Origin: Phoronis australis
Lineage: Eukaryota; Animalia; Phoronida
NCBI GenBank assembly: GCA_002633005.1
Contig: NMRA01000004.1
Coordinates: 997,793 to 1,061,792, forward strand
Length of the DNA stretch: 64,000 nt
Direction of reading: 5' to 3'
Both the position numbers and the translations under genes were made by a program. Below the pieces are notes generated by a model that did no database searches, was not told where the DNA came from, and saw only the letters and a list, made by a program, of their open reading frames with translations. Each line of letters opens with the position of its first letter. The first letter of the stretch is position 1. Positions 11,383 through 25,486 of the stretch are shown here, in pieces.

Positions 11383-12425
11383 CTGTAAATGAAAGAGATA
11401 TTGTTACCACGTTTCAAGTTCAGGTGGATTAGCAGATCTCATCGTCATAGCTTCATTTATCAGAATACCTATTCCAATATACTGAGATCATTTCAATATT
11501 TTAAATCCAAAGCGGTCAAACTTCACAAAAAGATATTTAACGTAAATCAACCTAGTCGCTAACAAAATCGCCGCCAAAGCTGAATGTAATTTAACTTCAT
11601 TTTTACAGACTTAGAAAACTCTGATAGTAAAACTTAAACTCAGCTAATTTATGAAGTGTTCCTATCTTGGATACATCTTTGGATTGATGAAGCACATCCT
11701 TTTTGAAATGCGGCAAGTGTCCATTTAAAAGTACATTATCCATATCGTTTCCAGCATCACGGGAAGACATATGTCTTGTTACATAAATTACTTTTATGTT
11801 GGCATCAAATCAACCTTCTACGTAATTATAATTACTTTACAAATTAGCAATTGTTTGATTAAAGTTATGTAGGACCATAGAATAATTTGCTATCATGGCT
11901 AACTTCGAAAAATATCTCAGAATGAAATACCACCGTCCCGCCGCACCATTTCATGGGTTTTTAAGACACCCGCAATTTTTCATTGGAATAAAAATCGTTG
12001 TCGAGCGTTTTTGTGTGTTCGAAAAAAATAGCTGTCGGGGCGTTTTTGTGAGTTGCGGCGAAACTTCCTCCTTTGCATTTTGGCATGTAGCCAGATGTCT
12101 CGTTTTTAATCCGGATGTCAATCCAGTTATCCGGTTTTTTTATTCTCGAATGTTGATTGTCTTTCCGTTATTAATATTGTATTTCTTTAGTAACATAGCA
12201 ACAGCAACAATTAATGTTCCAATGTTCCTTTGTCACGGTAATTCACACTATATGTATCAGGATCACTAATTTTTACTTTCAATTCTAAAGAAATGCGCTT
12301 ATTTCCAAACGTCTGTGTAAAGTCAGAGTTCTACAATGCAAACACTGTTGTGTGCTATCCACAGTATACGTCTATGCCACATAATAGATAAATTGGAGAA
12401 TATTATACATCCAGTTGATAGATGT

Positions 12426-13034
12426 CAGCAAAAAACCTTAAAACTAATACTGGACTTACATTTCAACTGAGCGACGTTGCGTCCTCATCGCGAGGACTTT
12501 CACAAGTCATTGCCGTGGTGGTGTTCGGCTGATGACGTAATCGGCGGGAAAAGAAACACCGTGTACGGTCCCAAGTCTTGGAGAGCTGGCCGAATCTGAA
12601 TCCGCCTTGACAATTCAAGGAAGGGCATTCAACACCTTCGTAGATAGATTCCTTGACACCACGTTTGAACCAGTTTTCCTTACGATCCAACATCGTACAT
12701 CACTGGAGTCAAATGAATGTTTTGCAGTGTTGATGTGAGTGAAAACAGCGGAATCATACGTGTCCCCATAACTGAGCCGGCGGTGCTGGTTCATTCTGCT
12801 TTTGACAGACATCAAGGTTTCACCCAGGTAGGACTCGGTACACCCCTTGTCCTCACGTGTATTACCATAAACGACATTGGAGACTTTTTTCTTGGGAACC
12901 TTGTCTTTTACCCGGACTAGTCGGCTCCTGAGAAAGTCGATTACGTCATCAGCCGAGCACCACCACGGCAGTTGCTAGTGAAAGTCCTCGTGATAAGGAC
13001 GCAAAGCCCAGTATTAGCTTTAATTGTTTTGCTG
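12426..13034 (-). mobile_element. Penelope-like element remnant (GIY-YIG 3' end with inverted pLTR arms)
   Basis: Frameshifted KDKVPKKKVSNVVYG...SYLGET...SRMNQHRR...SAVFTH...HSF...LDRKENWFKRGVKESIY...PSLN; the ~110-120-bp arms 12426-12545 and 12935-13034 are inverted copies. Confidence 0.75.
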
Positions 13035-14240
13035 CATAATAGATGTTTACCCATTTTTTATATATCAGAAAACTCTTACTGGCAAATTCTTGATAGGTGC
13101 TGTAATTAGTTTGTCACATTTTTTGTTAATGTCAATGCATCCTGAATTTTTGCTGAAGAATATAAATGTATCAAACGGCCTCTAAGTCCAATTAATATAT
13201 AAAGATGTATAATTTTGGAAGAATCACTGACCAAATTCTTCACAGCAACTGTGAGGGATCTACACTCTAAAATCTTTGTCTGCCGGCAATATTTTGAATC
13301 ATTGGAACATACTATTTTCCTGCTGGTTTAACTAGTTATTTATACAACCTTTCGGTTTTATTTCATTTTTACGTTACTATTGCACAATAGATTAATTGAC
13401 ATTACGCTTAATTAAATAACTAATTAGATAATTAACCAGTCAGTTGGTACACGAGGGCTTTCACTATTACACTATATCATTTTCCGCATTTTCGTAAGTA
13501 AAACTATTGTTTTTATAATGTAAAGTATTTTTAAAATTGTCTGCTATGCAAAATGATAATTATTTATGAAGTAAATTGTTTATTCCTTGCTTCTGATATT
13601 ATCGAAATCAAGAGCTTTTGAAGAGCTTTCTTAAGATATGATTCTTATGCAATTCGGTCGAAAAACTGTAGAGTTATGAAAAGTTATACTGACACTATTC
13701 CAATTGGCCTGGTGCTAACATACAGTACATGTACGTACATGTATGTACATTATATATTTGTTATGACTTGTCCTAAGTACATGATTTTGGTATCGTAGCA
13801 GAGCTCAGGAGATGCTTCATCATACCGATATATTTTAAGGAAATTGTAAACTTTCGAAATTGTTGTACAACAGGTTCCTCTAGATGGCTTTACGTTACGT
13901 CTACCAGTTAGGTAGCGGTACCCACGGGCGGCTTACCGAATTGCGGAACACCTGGAGCTATGATGACGACGGAAACGGCATGACTAAGGTTGATGAGGGT
14001 CAAAAAGACAACAATCTCGCGAAAAGGCAGGACTTTACAAGCACGTGATCACACGAACTTCCTTAGCGAGATTCTTCAGTGCGTCTCTCTACCCTGGTCA
14101 ACCGGTGAGACATCTGATTGGTTTGAAAGAAAGCCAAGCAGTCAAAAACCAATCAGATGCTTAGCCGGTTAACATACCGGATGAACTGGCATGAGCAGAC
14201 GGTAACATACTGTAAGTAGATGTAAAACGAGAACACTCAC

Positions 14241-14338
14241 TCTTTCTATAAGTGTAGGCGTTATGTCAACGCTTTCTTTATCCGGGTATGGTCGAATAAA
14301 GCTGAGCAAATTACTCCATGTCTGTGCCCACATGTTTC
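14241..14338 (-). CDS. ACE: ACE exon 5
   Basis: Acceptor TTTTTCCAG|GA, donor AGA|GTGAGT; 98 nt, phase 1/0; GNMWAQTWSNLLSFIRPYPDKESVDITPTLIER. Confidence 0.93.
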
Positions 14339-14975
14339 CTGGAAAAACATTGCAATGGTATCTAGGTCCATGTGAGTTACACGAGGCCGAACTATCCATG
14401 TCGTTCAAGTACAAGTAAGCAGGGCAACATCGACACGGACGTCGGACAAGTGATTGATTTTTTACGGTAGGCCTATCAGACGTTGTTGGACTGACAAGCC
14501 CTGTACAATATTCAGGAATGAAATGTCGGTGAGTCCACGGCATCACTTCACGATTGCTTTACCCAGAAACTGTGCGGCTGCATTACTTTTTTGTCGGACA
14601 CAATGTGTGCAATACAACATGCCCTAGGCGTAGTACGAAGGACGCCTGTAGTAGTGGGAGGAACATACCGGGTAGGCAAACGCTTCCCCGTTCGGCATGA
14701 TTTCATAACCTCACCTTCCCGGTCGCTTCCAGTTTTGCTTCCTTCCTCCCATAATAGAATGCAAACCTGCTCCCCAGCTGCCAAGGCCTATAAATGCACT
14801 AGGAAAGCAAAGTATCTGTACGAATGTACAACTGTGGGTCTACTACGGAAATGATGTGAATTAGATATCGAACTGTCGAGCAACATGACTGGGATGTCTA
14901 AATGTCTGTACCAATATCTGTTAGAAAGCTACGTGTACGTATGAAAGACACGGTGTGACAATGGAAGTTCCGTAC

Positions 14976-15173
14976 CTAGGAGGTGAGCTGGAATGTGTCC
15001 GCCCTGAGGAATCTTGTCCTCCCCGTGCTTTGCTCTTAACTTCTTCCTCACAAACGCGTGCAGCTGTTCGTACAAAGGTTTGAGCTGGTCGTACAGTCGG
15101 ATAAGGTCTGCTTGGAAATCATAGCCAGGAACGTCGTATGATGATCGCCAAAACACGCCCGTGTCTTTATAGC
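14976..15173 (-). CDS. ACE: ACE exon 4
   Basis: Acceptor ACTACAG|GC, donor G|GTACGG; 198 nt, phase 1/1; GYKDTGVFWRSSY...QLKPLYEQLHAFVRKKL...IPAHLLG. Confidence 0.93.
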
Positions 15174-16304
15174 CTGTAGTGGATATATGCATTGCTGGTT
15201 TCATTCATGAACGTTTACTTGTTAATACATTTACACCGTAAGCATATGACTGCTATAGTTTAGATAGAGGCTTTCATGGGTGTTATAGAACCCTTAGCAC
15301 GTATCACTGATCGTTAACTGTACGGAGAGGAAGTGTTAACACGGAAGAATCAATCAACCACCGCTCTTCTAAACATAACCGCAAAGACCAGTATCTCTGA
15401 CTACACGCAGATGTCATTCCAAAGAGCGCTGAACAGCAGCAACACGTACATGTAAGCACACTTAGTGCTGCCAGCCGAGAGGCTGCAGCACATACGGTGG
15501 TACTCTACAGGTAGTGCCACAATACAGTTAGACTGTGGCCACGTGCTATTTGCACTGTTTAGAAATTACCTAAATATTTGAGGCAGAACAGGTTTGGCGG
15601 CAAGATGGGACGTGTGCAATGCCAGGAAAATGTGAGAATTGAACTGTACCTCCTTACCAAGCACTACGTAGTTCCTGTGTAAGTGTGGTGCGGCCTAGTA
15701 AGCGTTCGACTATCGGTCAGGATCTTTTGGAGAGTAATAAAATATATACATGTTCCTCACGCCATAACTGTGGAATTACGAATTAGTTGGGATACTGCGA
15801 TTTCTCCCTGTCGTGTCAAAAACGAATGCGAACGCAACCTTTGAAGTAAGCTGTGAAATGATTCATATATAATTACAATACCAGGTTGTGCAACGATTTT
15901 GAAAAAAAAAACAAATGGTTTTGTTCTAACGTATTTGTAAGCCACTAGAAATATTTCTTTTTCGTAAAAGTATGCAGACGTATTATCACAAATTAAAATT
16001 CTTATCTCTGGAGAGTTGCTCACCCCTTTCTTCACTACACACCTTGCAATGATACGTCATTCCTATATTTCAAAATCGATTGGCCAATACTTTTAACATT
16101 TCTCATTTCCATGGAAAACATCTTTAACCAATGACATCATTCTAACTTTGAATTCCAGATGGACAATTGTACATTTTCTCGGCGTTACGTTTTCACAATG
16201 CTGACACTCAGTCGGTGAAGTTTCAATTGTTTTTCCAATCAAGCGGGAGGATCCACGTTATTGTCAAACGCACACGCTAATATGAAAATGTCATGTTATA
16301 TATT

Positions 16305-16469
16305 CAGGGGCGGATCCAGGATTTTGAGTTTGGGGGGCAGGGCAGAGTATTAGCCAGGATTTTGGCCGTCAGACATTCGCACCCCCGTACTTCCAAATGG
16401 AATCTGGGAGAATTTTAAGGGGGCCTTGGCCCCTTGCCCGTCCCCCCCCCCCCCTTAAATACGCCACTG
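16305..16469. mobile_element. GC-rich MITE, CAGGGGCGGATCC type, 5-bp TSD
   Basis: CAGGGGCGGATCCAGG ... AAATACGCCACTG flanked by ATATT on both sides. Confidence 0.65.
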
Positions 16470-18110
16470 ATATTTGCTCTACCCATCGAATACCAAGTAG
16501 GTCTCGTTCCGAAACTGACAATATATTTTATGAAACTGCCTTTTTTGGTCAGCTGAAATGTCCGTGTGTGAAATTGGAATACCACAATCACTGGAACTCC
16601 GGGCTCGCTCATGCAATCTCAAATTAAGCAAGCGGCCGTGTTTGTGGGAAACTATTACAGCTGTATTACTACAGGTTCCGCCTGAATCTGTAAACATTTG
16701 AAAGCACTGAATGAGTGTGATTCACGAGTGAAGATGCCTCGTTGATGATGAGATACTAATAAGTAAGATGCCGGGTTTAAGTCAAAGGTTGTGTTGCAAA
16801 ATTTGAGCCACTGGACAAGTTTGGTTGTTGCTTGACGTGAAATACATTGTTTGACAAAGGCAACGTCACGCGCGTTACCATCAAACACTTCTAAGGACTC
16901 AACAATCAACATCGAATGAAAATGACACGCGATTTGTCAATTATGGAGTTAAGTATCGACTTAAGTTTGTGTGCGCGGAACCTTGGACCATGCAACCGAT
17001 CAATTTTCGGGACAAATTCCGAGTACACAGATTAGACCCCGTCCACTGGGTTCCAGGGTATAATGTATGTACTCGAAACTCGACTCAAAACTTGACCATT
17101 CATATGTCATGCAAAACCACACATCGCGCTTCTAATCCTTTTTATGATATTCGACGTTTTTTCCGCAATCATGTATGGTGGAAAAGTTGCATCGCAGCGC
17201 GTAATGCCTTTAATATTCTCACCACGACAGAAACCAGTTACCCTATCCGGCTAAGCCGAGAGCAGCTTACTAATAGTTTATGGCTTTCTGATGCTCAGCG
17301 TGTGATGTACCACGGACAGTAAGGTGTGTGTATCTCGCCTTGCGAATTGCTAGCACCGTACACGGAATGGGTTGAATTTCGAGTTTGAGCTTGGCGAGTA
17401 CGAGTCCAGAGAATAGATCCTGGTCTTAACAGTGTTTATACACGCCAAACATTCGGGCCCTATGCCCCCGTAACTACTGAAGTCAAAAGGTTAAAATACA
17501 AACTTTTGAAATGCAACATTTTCTTTACCGATACGGCTTCCATTCATACACCTATTCACAAACAAAAAGCATCGACGTCAGAATCGTATTAGCGTATTCA
17601 TGAAATGGAAACAAAATGTAACTTTTTTCAGTCGTCACGAAAACGAAACTAATTGCCTTGGGATTCAGCACACAGTGTAGTCTATATATTTGAAGGCAAG
17701 TCTTCTGGGCCTTTTTCATATTGACAAAAGAGCTCGTGTCTTCAGAAATCGCTTTTAAACAACAACCGTCTTGTTTCCTCAATGTGTAAAGGTCGAGAAT
17801 AAAATCATATGAAACAACTGCAGTAGTTTGTTTATATAATTTTGTGTCTAATTGATAAATGTATTCATCCGTGACAACTATCTCCGTTTAACACTTTTTA
17901 GCGTATTGACACGAATGCGATGTAGCCTACGCAAAGAACAAGGTAGAATTTCGTACACGCAAGAATATCGGTAGGGAAGCTAGTTTGATCACTTGCTTGA
18001 GTTAGCGATAAAACGCAAAGTATTGCGTGTTCTTGCATTTTCGCGAGATTCTCGCCTCTACCGAACGCATGCCAGGTGCACAACTGTACTTCGAAGACAT
18101 GACACCATAC

Positions 18111-18345
18111 CGTTTAGGCCAGCGGCTTCATTCGACAGCTCAACAAACTCCTTGTACTTTGGCCTTATTTGAGGTCCAGTGACGTCACGCCACCCTTTCC
18201 ACGCCCATAACAATTCGTCGTATGACGCACTAGGATTTGCCATTAGTCTCGTCAGGTCGGGTTCGAGCGTATTCAATTTTCCGTTCTCATCTTTCACTTT
18301 TCCAGTGCTGTATATTGTCTCCATGTCCGTCACTAACTGCTGGAG
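18111..18345 (-). CDS. ACE: ACE exon 3
   Basis: Acceptor TTCAG|CTC, donor G|GTATGG; 235 nt, phase 0/1; MET-IYSTGKV...LEPDLTRLMA...YDELLWAWKGWRD...YKEFVELSNEAAGLNG, typical ACE motifs. Confidence 0.93.
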
Positions 18346-18907
18346 CTGAAAGAACAGAAATCAATCAATGCTTCAAGTATTTTTGCCCAAAACTATGTAG
18401 TTTCTATCACTAACTAGCTCAAGTTACTCTTTGGAGCAGACAGGAAATTTGTTATCCTCGTCAAACTTCAAACTTGGGTGTAAGTCTAAAACTTTCTTAA
18501 TTTCCCTTCTTCAGCATGTGTGACAATAGGTTTGGGTGAGTTATTCGACGGCTCAGAGATATTATAACCTAGATTCTGTAATTTTGGTAGGAACAATAAT
18601 TTTTTTTCACAAATATTTGGTCTAACAAAAACGATTCTTAACACAAATTTGAGGTCCAACAGACAACTTTAAAGCCTTCCATTTTCTTTCAACAGTTCAT
18701 CCTCTCCTATAACGTTAGGAGAGCACTAAAAATGACTGCAAACACTTGATGTTCGAGAAATAGTATCATGCTGGTGCTAGCGGATGCTCCACGACTCTTC
18801 ACCACTTGCGACAACCAAGAAGACATCTTCCTGATATAATTGATCAGTCTAAAGCTCACGTTGGTTCCCGCTGCTGTAATGATTTTGTAAACGAGGTGTT
18901 CACATAC

Positions 18908-19075
18908 CTTTTTGTACTTCTCCTTGTCTACTTCAGCCAGTTTTGCCGAGCCGATGTCGCTAATTTTAGACAGTTGTCGTTTGATGAACGTGTCGTTGAA
19001 GCCAGACCAATCAAACATGGAAGCATTTTTGGCTGCCTCCAAGTCGAAGTCCGCTTCCACAAGGGTGAAGTTGAG
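18908..19075 (-). CDS. ACE: ACE exon 2
   Basis: Acceptor TTTTTTTAG|CTC, donor AAG|GTATGT; 168 nt, phase 0/0; LNFTLVEADFDLEAAKNASMFDWSGFNDTFIKRQLSKISDIGSAKLAEVDKEKYKK. Confidence 0.9.
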
Positions 19076-19133
19076 CTAAAAAAACGAAGAGGATATCTCA
19101 AGGTATAGACCAAGAAGCAAAAATCAAACCACG

Positions 19134-19272
19134 CTCCCGTTCAGTAACGCTAGGACCTCGCTAAGTAGCAAGACATTGCGAGATTAAGTGAGATATTGCC
19201 GTGTCTTTTTGAATGAGAACACGTGACTTTAGCTAGAATTTAGCTAGGTCCCAGCGTTACTGAACGCACGCC
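19134..19272 (+). mobile_element. MITE family A copy
   Basis: Aligns with 6505-6651 end to end. Confidence 0.8.
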
Positions 19273-22200
19273 TCGCTTATCGGAAAGTGTTACTGTCTAG
19301 AGAAAAAGTCCTTCTGTAAAGGAGCGTTATCTGTTTTAAGGCTAAAAAGGCATTTTAGATTACTCTTGAATGGGATAATTTTCTTAGAGTTATTAGCAGA
19401 GCTATAAAACAACAAGATCCGGTTATGGGTTATGTTTTTCTGTTTTTCCAAATAACTAAATCTCCCGTTGTCTGACAGACATTCTCTTAAATCAAGGCTG
19501 GTGTCTTAACAATTTAAACAGCCTTTAAGTACTTTGCTATGCGGCAGAGCGCGGAGCTAGAGCGTTGTCACAAGGTGGCGCTAAGAGCGTTCCATAAACT
19601 TCGGACTGTCGTGTTCCAGCCAAACACGTATGTATTTTAGGTTACGAGTTCATGTATGAGTCGCAAAAAGGGAAAAATAGTTAATACAAAAATCAAACCT
19701 TATTCCTAATTTTGCATTTTCCGCGCACTTAGCTATTTCCCGTTTCCACCGACGAATTGGGTTTGATCTTCCTTCACGACTGATTTTTACGAATTAGGTT
19801 TGATTCTTACGAATTAAGATTGATTTTAAAAACATGATTGATTTTTACGAATTTCGTTTGAATTTTACGTATTTGTGTTGATTTTTCTATTAACTATTTT
19901 GGCCTTTCCGCGGCCCATAATCATGTCCTGAAATGCAGCTTTTGAAGTCGAACTCCTACTCCAACTCAGTGTCGATATTTGATGCTATCACCTCAGTACG
20001 AAATCGTCTCTAAAAAGTCTTCATGCACTTCAATAGTTACTGAGCACATTAAGATATAGGCCTACTACGCGGATGAGTAGATGTAATCCGAGTTTGCACT
20101 TGCTGACCCGTAGAATGCAGCTACAAAGGTTTAAATTCGACATGCTGGATTATGTTATGGAAGCTTTGGTGTTTGGTACATCACTTGTACTTTTGGTTTT
20201 CGTACTCTTTTTCTTAATGCATTGTTAGTGCATGTGCTCGAGCACAAAAACGCAGTTAACTTTTATCTCGAGTGTACATGCATTCTTATGAAGTGGTTTA
20301 CAACATCTCTGTTGCATAGAGTAAGATACAGCGTGGCACCGCACCGTAAATTTGTAACCATAAAACTTCTATTGTTTCGTGGTACGAAAAGCGCCGCGCG
20401 GCAGCAAATCGACAGCGGTTTCAAACTAAGAAAAACGATCCTGTATTAAGTGAAAAATGAAATATGGCCAAAATAAACACATCCTACTTGCGCGCGTGAG
20501 CGATATTTTTATTCTTGAACCCGACATTTACAGATGCACATTCGTGTTACTTGTTTATTTTTGTGTGTTGCAAAACAATGAGTAAATCTTGTTTTAGTGA
20601 TGCGAATAGAAGTGCTGCTTGTTAGATATTTAATTGTTATGTGGGACCTTATCGACAAGTGGATTTAGACAAATATTTAAAAAACTATGAAACTTCGTTA
20701 AAGAACACATTTTCTTAAAGAGGAAAGCCCGGAGACTGAATATATTTTTGACGTAATGCAAAATTGCCAACAATTTGATCGTCTGATCATGTCTTGTAAA
20801 TAACGTTACACAAAAAGAGAGTTGTGTTCAAAACAAAACAAAATAATTAGCCTAAGGCCCATCGTGCAACAGCGGAGCACGTTTAAAACAATTCCCAATA
20901 GCACTTCGGAGAACATAGCGTAGAGCACAATGTCTGAATGTTTCATTTCAATATGACCAATCATTTCTAAGATATGACGTTTCGAAGTAAACCAAATTCG
21001 CAGTCTCACATAATTTGAATTTGTATTTATCAAAAACTAGTCACTCAAAAACTGGCAACTTCCTTTCCTTTTGTCTCAAGTTGTGGGTCATATATTTTAA
21101 GACGACATATATTAAAGTTTACACATTTTAAAGATGAACACGGAAAAACAAGCAGTGTATGTACCTCCTCTAAGGCTATCAATGCGTTCCATTTCTCGCA
21201 ATGAATGCTTTTTGCCACATTTGCTAATTTTGCTACATTTCTTCCCAAAACCCATTGCTACGTTACAATTCTAAGATTCCTCAACAAGCTCTCCAAATTT
21301 GTCGCGAAATGTTAGGCGAACAACGATTGAAGTTTTGACATGCCTAATCAGATTGTTTTGACCTTCTGACCCCGCGTGCACAAGTTCAACAGTGTTATGG
21401 AGAGGTGATTCCATAAACACAGAAAAAAGTCGTTGTTAAGTTTCATAAGTTCACCAGTTTCATATTTGGACTCACCGAGTTATGTTCCATGACAAGTAAA
21501 CTGAGTAGAAATGTGAAATGTGCAGAAAATGAGTAGATTGGATGCATTCATGGCCTTCACGAACAAATTGTGTGAAAAATCTGACCTGACGCAAATTACT
21601 GACCAGTGTCCAGTTGATTTCGTGATATGTTGTTAGGGAATAATTTTAACGCTGATGAAGTGGGTATTTTCCATGGGGACAAAAGCTGTGTTTGTACAAG
21701 TTTCTCAAATTTCACAAATTTCGTAAATGTCCACTGGAGCAATGGCAGACTGGTGAGCTCAGAATTTTATTACATGTACAACTACGGCGCATTTTACGGA
21801 ATGGAGCCATTAAAATTCCACTTTAAGTTGGTGCCAAACTGCAACGCACTACCGTACATGAGAAACCAGCAACAAAAGACCGTCACAACTCGCTATTTGG
21901 CAAATGTAGATAGAAAGTGTTTTCAAACAAAACGTTTTTCTTATAAACCTGCCCCTAGTGCTCTATTGGAAACTTACGACAAACAATAAAATACATGTAT
22001 ATATTAGGCACATTCCCGATCTTTCGCTATCAAATCTATGCACATTAGAGAGGTTTATCTATTACAAGTTCTTTGAAATGGTCTTCGAAAGCCGTTAATT
22101 TCACCGAGCCATAAAATTTATCACCCTGACATTGCCACAGCTATGGACACAGTGCTGTAGTGAGGTGTAGGCGCACGTAGGCGTTTGAACGTAGCGCCCT

Positions 22201-23274
22201 TCTCACCGCAAGCTACATTAAGTGCTCAAGGTGGTGCGGTGGGCTTTAGGCGCCTAATTACATTGTACCTCTTATTTTACCACTACAATACTGCTTGTCA
22301 CTGAAAATGTCGAGGAGATTTTGGGGTTAAGTATTATTTCAATCGAGTTTGAATTAATTTTCTTCTGTTCTTGGCTTGTCTATCCTCGTGCCAAGCACTC
22401 AATGAGGGCAGTAGAATCACGTGTTTAAATTACGGTCTTTCAAAATGTGTCCATCCCCAGCGAACTATGCCCGACTATGTACATGAAACTTGTCTGTCTA
22501 TGGGCTCAGTGAATGTTAGGCAACATATTGTTATTCTTCTCAATGACAAATAATGCCTGTAACAAACATTACTGTGGAAAAGTTCAAAAATGTTTAACTT
22601 CAAGTACTTCATTTGCTTGGGAGAGACGCCTAAGGCAGACTAGAATTTTTTGGTCGGACAACCTCGGTAGGCCTTGCGCCAAGGCACAAAATAATTTTAT
22701 TATTTAAATTTATTTTTTTTTTGTATCTGGCATGAGGAATGGGATGTCCTGTACGATGTTCTAAAAGGAATTGTTGGTCATCTGAGAACTGACAGTACAT
22801 TCCCGAGGCCAGCGCCCTGTTTGTCGAATAGTTTATTGGCTTTTGATAGTCAAATACCTGACTACGAAATAATTGATGCTTCGCCTTTGGCATATCTAGA
22901 CATGTGACAACGTACATGTACATGTATAGCCACAAGTTTTGAGGTTTTGCGTCTCAATGAAATTATGGCGAATCCATGCAATTGCCATGCACATACGACG
23001 ATTGGTGTTGGAATGGACTTTGCGTCTTATTCAAAAATCTACAACATTCCTTTATTGACATGACTGCATCTTGTCGCGATCATTTTTTCAACGAGATTTA
23101 ATGACTCTCAACTGGAAAAAGGAAGCGCGTTATACCTACAAAACACTTTGAATTGCAAAGTCAAATTTCCAAAATGGGTCCGTGCCTAGTCTCATTTTTT
23201 TCACTCCGCATTGGCAGTACTTGATATACATTTACGTCTCCGCAGGTTCACCCAAACTCGACAGCCTAAGACAC

Positions 23275-23856
23275 CAGTGGCTGGTTGCATGAAACAGTCC
23301 CAAATACATGTAGGATTCGACTACCAAGTTCCCTAAATCTACTTACTGCGTATTTACGGGCTTGTGAAACACCGATTGCACTATCGTATAGTGCATGAGT
23401 ATCATTACTAAGCCAGTAATTGGCTTTGATACAAATCGGGAGTGATCTTTACATTGAATTCTCAATATTGTTTAAAATAAGTAGGGATCTTTTCATGCAA
23501 CGCCCCCAATATAAGGACCAAGACCCTAATTATTTTGATTGAATTAGAGGCTCAGTTTTTAATCATACTATCAGAAAACTCCAATAGTCAAAGAAGAATT
23601 CATAATAAAATTACCGAAAAATATTACATCTGTGCCTAAAAACGAAACAAATACGAAAAAGATTTAAGGAACCTAGTAGAGTCCCTATTTAGGACTGTTT
23701 CATCCAACACGTGAGTCCCTATTTAGGACTGTTTCATGCAAACCGTGAGTCCCGATTTAGGACTGTTTCATGCAACCCGTGAGTCCCTATTTAGAATTGT
23801 TTCATGCAAACCGTGATCAGTCCCTATTTAAGACTGTTTCATGCAACCCGGCACTG
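23275..23856 (-). mobile_element. MITE family B copy with 5x tandem-amplified terminal repeat
   Basis: CAGTGGCTGGTTGCATGAAACAGTCC ... GGACTGTTTCATGCAACCCGGCACTG; 34-bp unit GAGTCCCTATTTAGGACTGTTTCATGCAAACCGT x5 at 23679-23850. Confidence 0.75.
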
Positions 23857-25130
23857 GGATACGTTTCTCAAAGACAACTTTTGTCTTTTTGACTACAGCC
23901 AAATGTCAAGAATCTAAGAATATCCAAAAGTTGAGTTTTTGTCTTTTGCCTCCTTGTTTTGTCTCCTGTCTAGTCAAATAGACTACGGATTTATGTATTT
24001 TGATGTCTAGTTTTAGCCATATTTTAGAGGCTACGCCACACGTAGGCTAATTTTAAACAGGAAGTCAAAAGACCCCTGAACCACTGGTTAAGAGATTTAT
24101 TAGCTACAACACACTTGGTTTAGCTTGTATTTATAAACGGCGCAAGACAAACGTAATCAGAAAAAATACCGTTTTCCCGTCATGACGGCTAATCCTGTTA
24201 ACATCAGAAATGACCGTTAGGGCGGCAAATTTCTAATTACAGAATGGCTTAGCCACTTTACTGACTTTCCTGTTGATTCCCCTTCATTCTCGGCCATCAG
24301 GGGATACTAATCTGCTGATGAATTCTGCTTCCGCCCAGTCGTCATGGCGGGAAATTCCGGGTCATTTTGTCTAAGTACTTTTGGCTTTTACTGTACATAT
24401 TTATTTTTGAGAGGTCGCATTACCAAAGGTCGCAAAAATGCGGTTCGCTATCTTCCCTTGACCTTGCCATTACGCAGCGGTTATCCATAAGTTATCGGAT
24501 AAAACGTGTTGTGATAAGTGTGAAATTTCCAAGGACCGTACATGTAGGTTTATTTAAACTCAAAATTCCTGATACCAGTAAATACAGCGACAACAGTGTG
24601 CTTCTGGTGTTCAAAGCTAAATATTGTATGTAAACTTGCAAGCTGTTGTTATGACTATGCCAGTGGCCCAGAAAACAAGTTTGATACAAACAGATCGGTT
24701 TTCACGATTATTTGCCGCGTGTTTCTGAATAGGTGGTATTAATTCCAAAACAAATTTAGGATAGACCTCTAGCCTAGAACTACGTTCAATAACACAGCAT
24801 AACTTGAGTGAACAGCAAGAATAGTAATTTGATAGAAAAACGTCTGTCCTGGATTTAATTGTTCCCTGCCATCGCCAATATAGTGAACGCACTTGATTTA
24901 CTCCGCCTGTTCAGAAATCTGATTGGTTCTCCATGATGGTGATCTCTGGCTTACATACAAATAAGGGATAAGTTGCGGAGACGCAAGAATCTCGCGAAGG
25001 AAGCAAGCGTGATCACGTGCTTCGCTTGCACTACATATGCCGATCACGTGGCGAAGTCTTGCACGATCTGGCGTTTTCGCGATCAGGTTCTCGCATCTAC
25101 GGAACGCAGGTCAGGGGGTTGAGTTTCGTA

Positions 25131-25486
25131 GATGTAGAAATGTTTTATTTTGCTATCATTTTATCTTTGAGCTCCTCTTTGACTAATGACATTTTCTAAT
25201 AATATATCTGAGAATTAAGACTATATTTCAATGTAAATAAATGGGGACTTAGTTCTTAAATTAGGGACGATGCATAAAAAGATCCCTATTCATTTGCTGT
25301 AACATTGAGAATTCAACGTCAAGAGTTTTCTCACGGTGAATATCAAAACCAAAACTTGATTTAGTAATCAGAATAATACACTATGAGAAAAAGTAATCAG
25401 TGTTTTCACAAGGTCACAGTTTCAGTGAACACTTAAGGAACATAGTCTATTCCCTATTTGGGACTGTTTCATGCAACCAGCCATTG
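25131..25486 (+). mobile_element. MITE family B copy, 5'-truncated
   Basis: Colinear with 9073-9420, ending GGGACTGTTTCATGCAACCAGCCATTG. Confidence 0.7.

Noticed and set aside
23679-23850. CRISPR-like 34-bp repeats
   Set aside because: Units are directly adjacent with no unique spacers, derive from a MITE TIR, and the DNA is eukaryotic.
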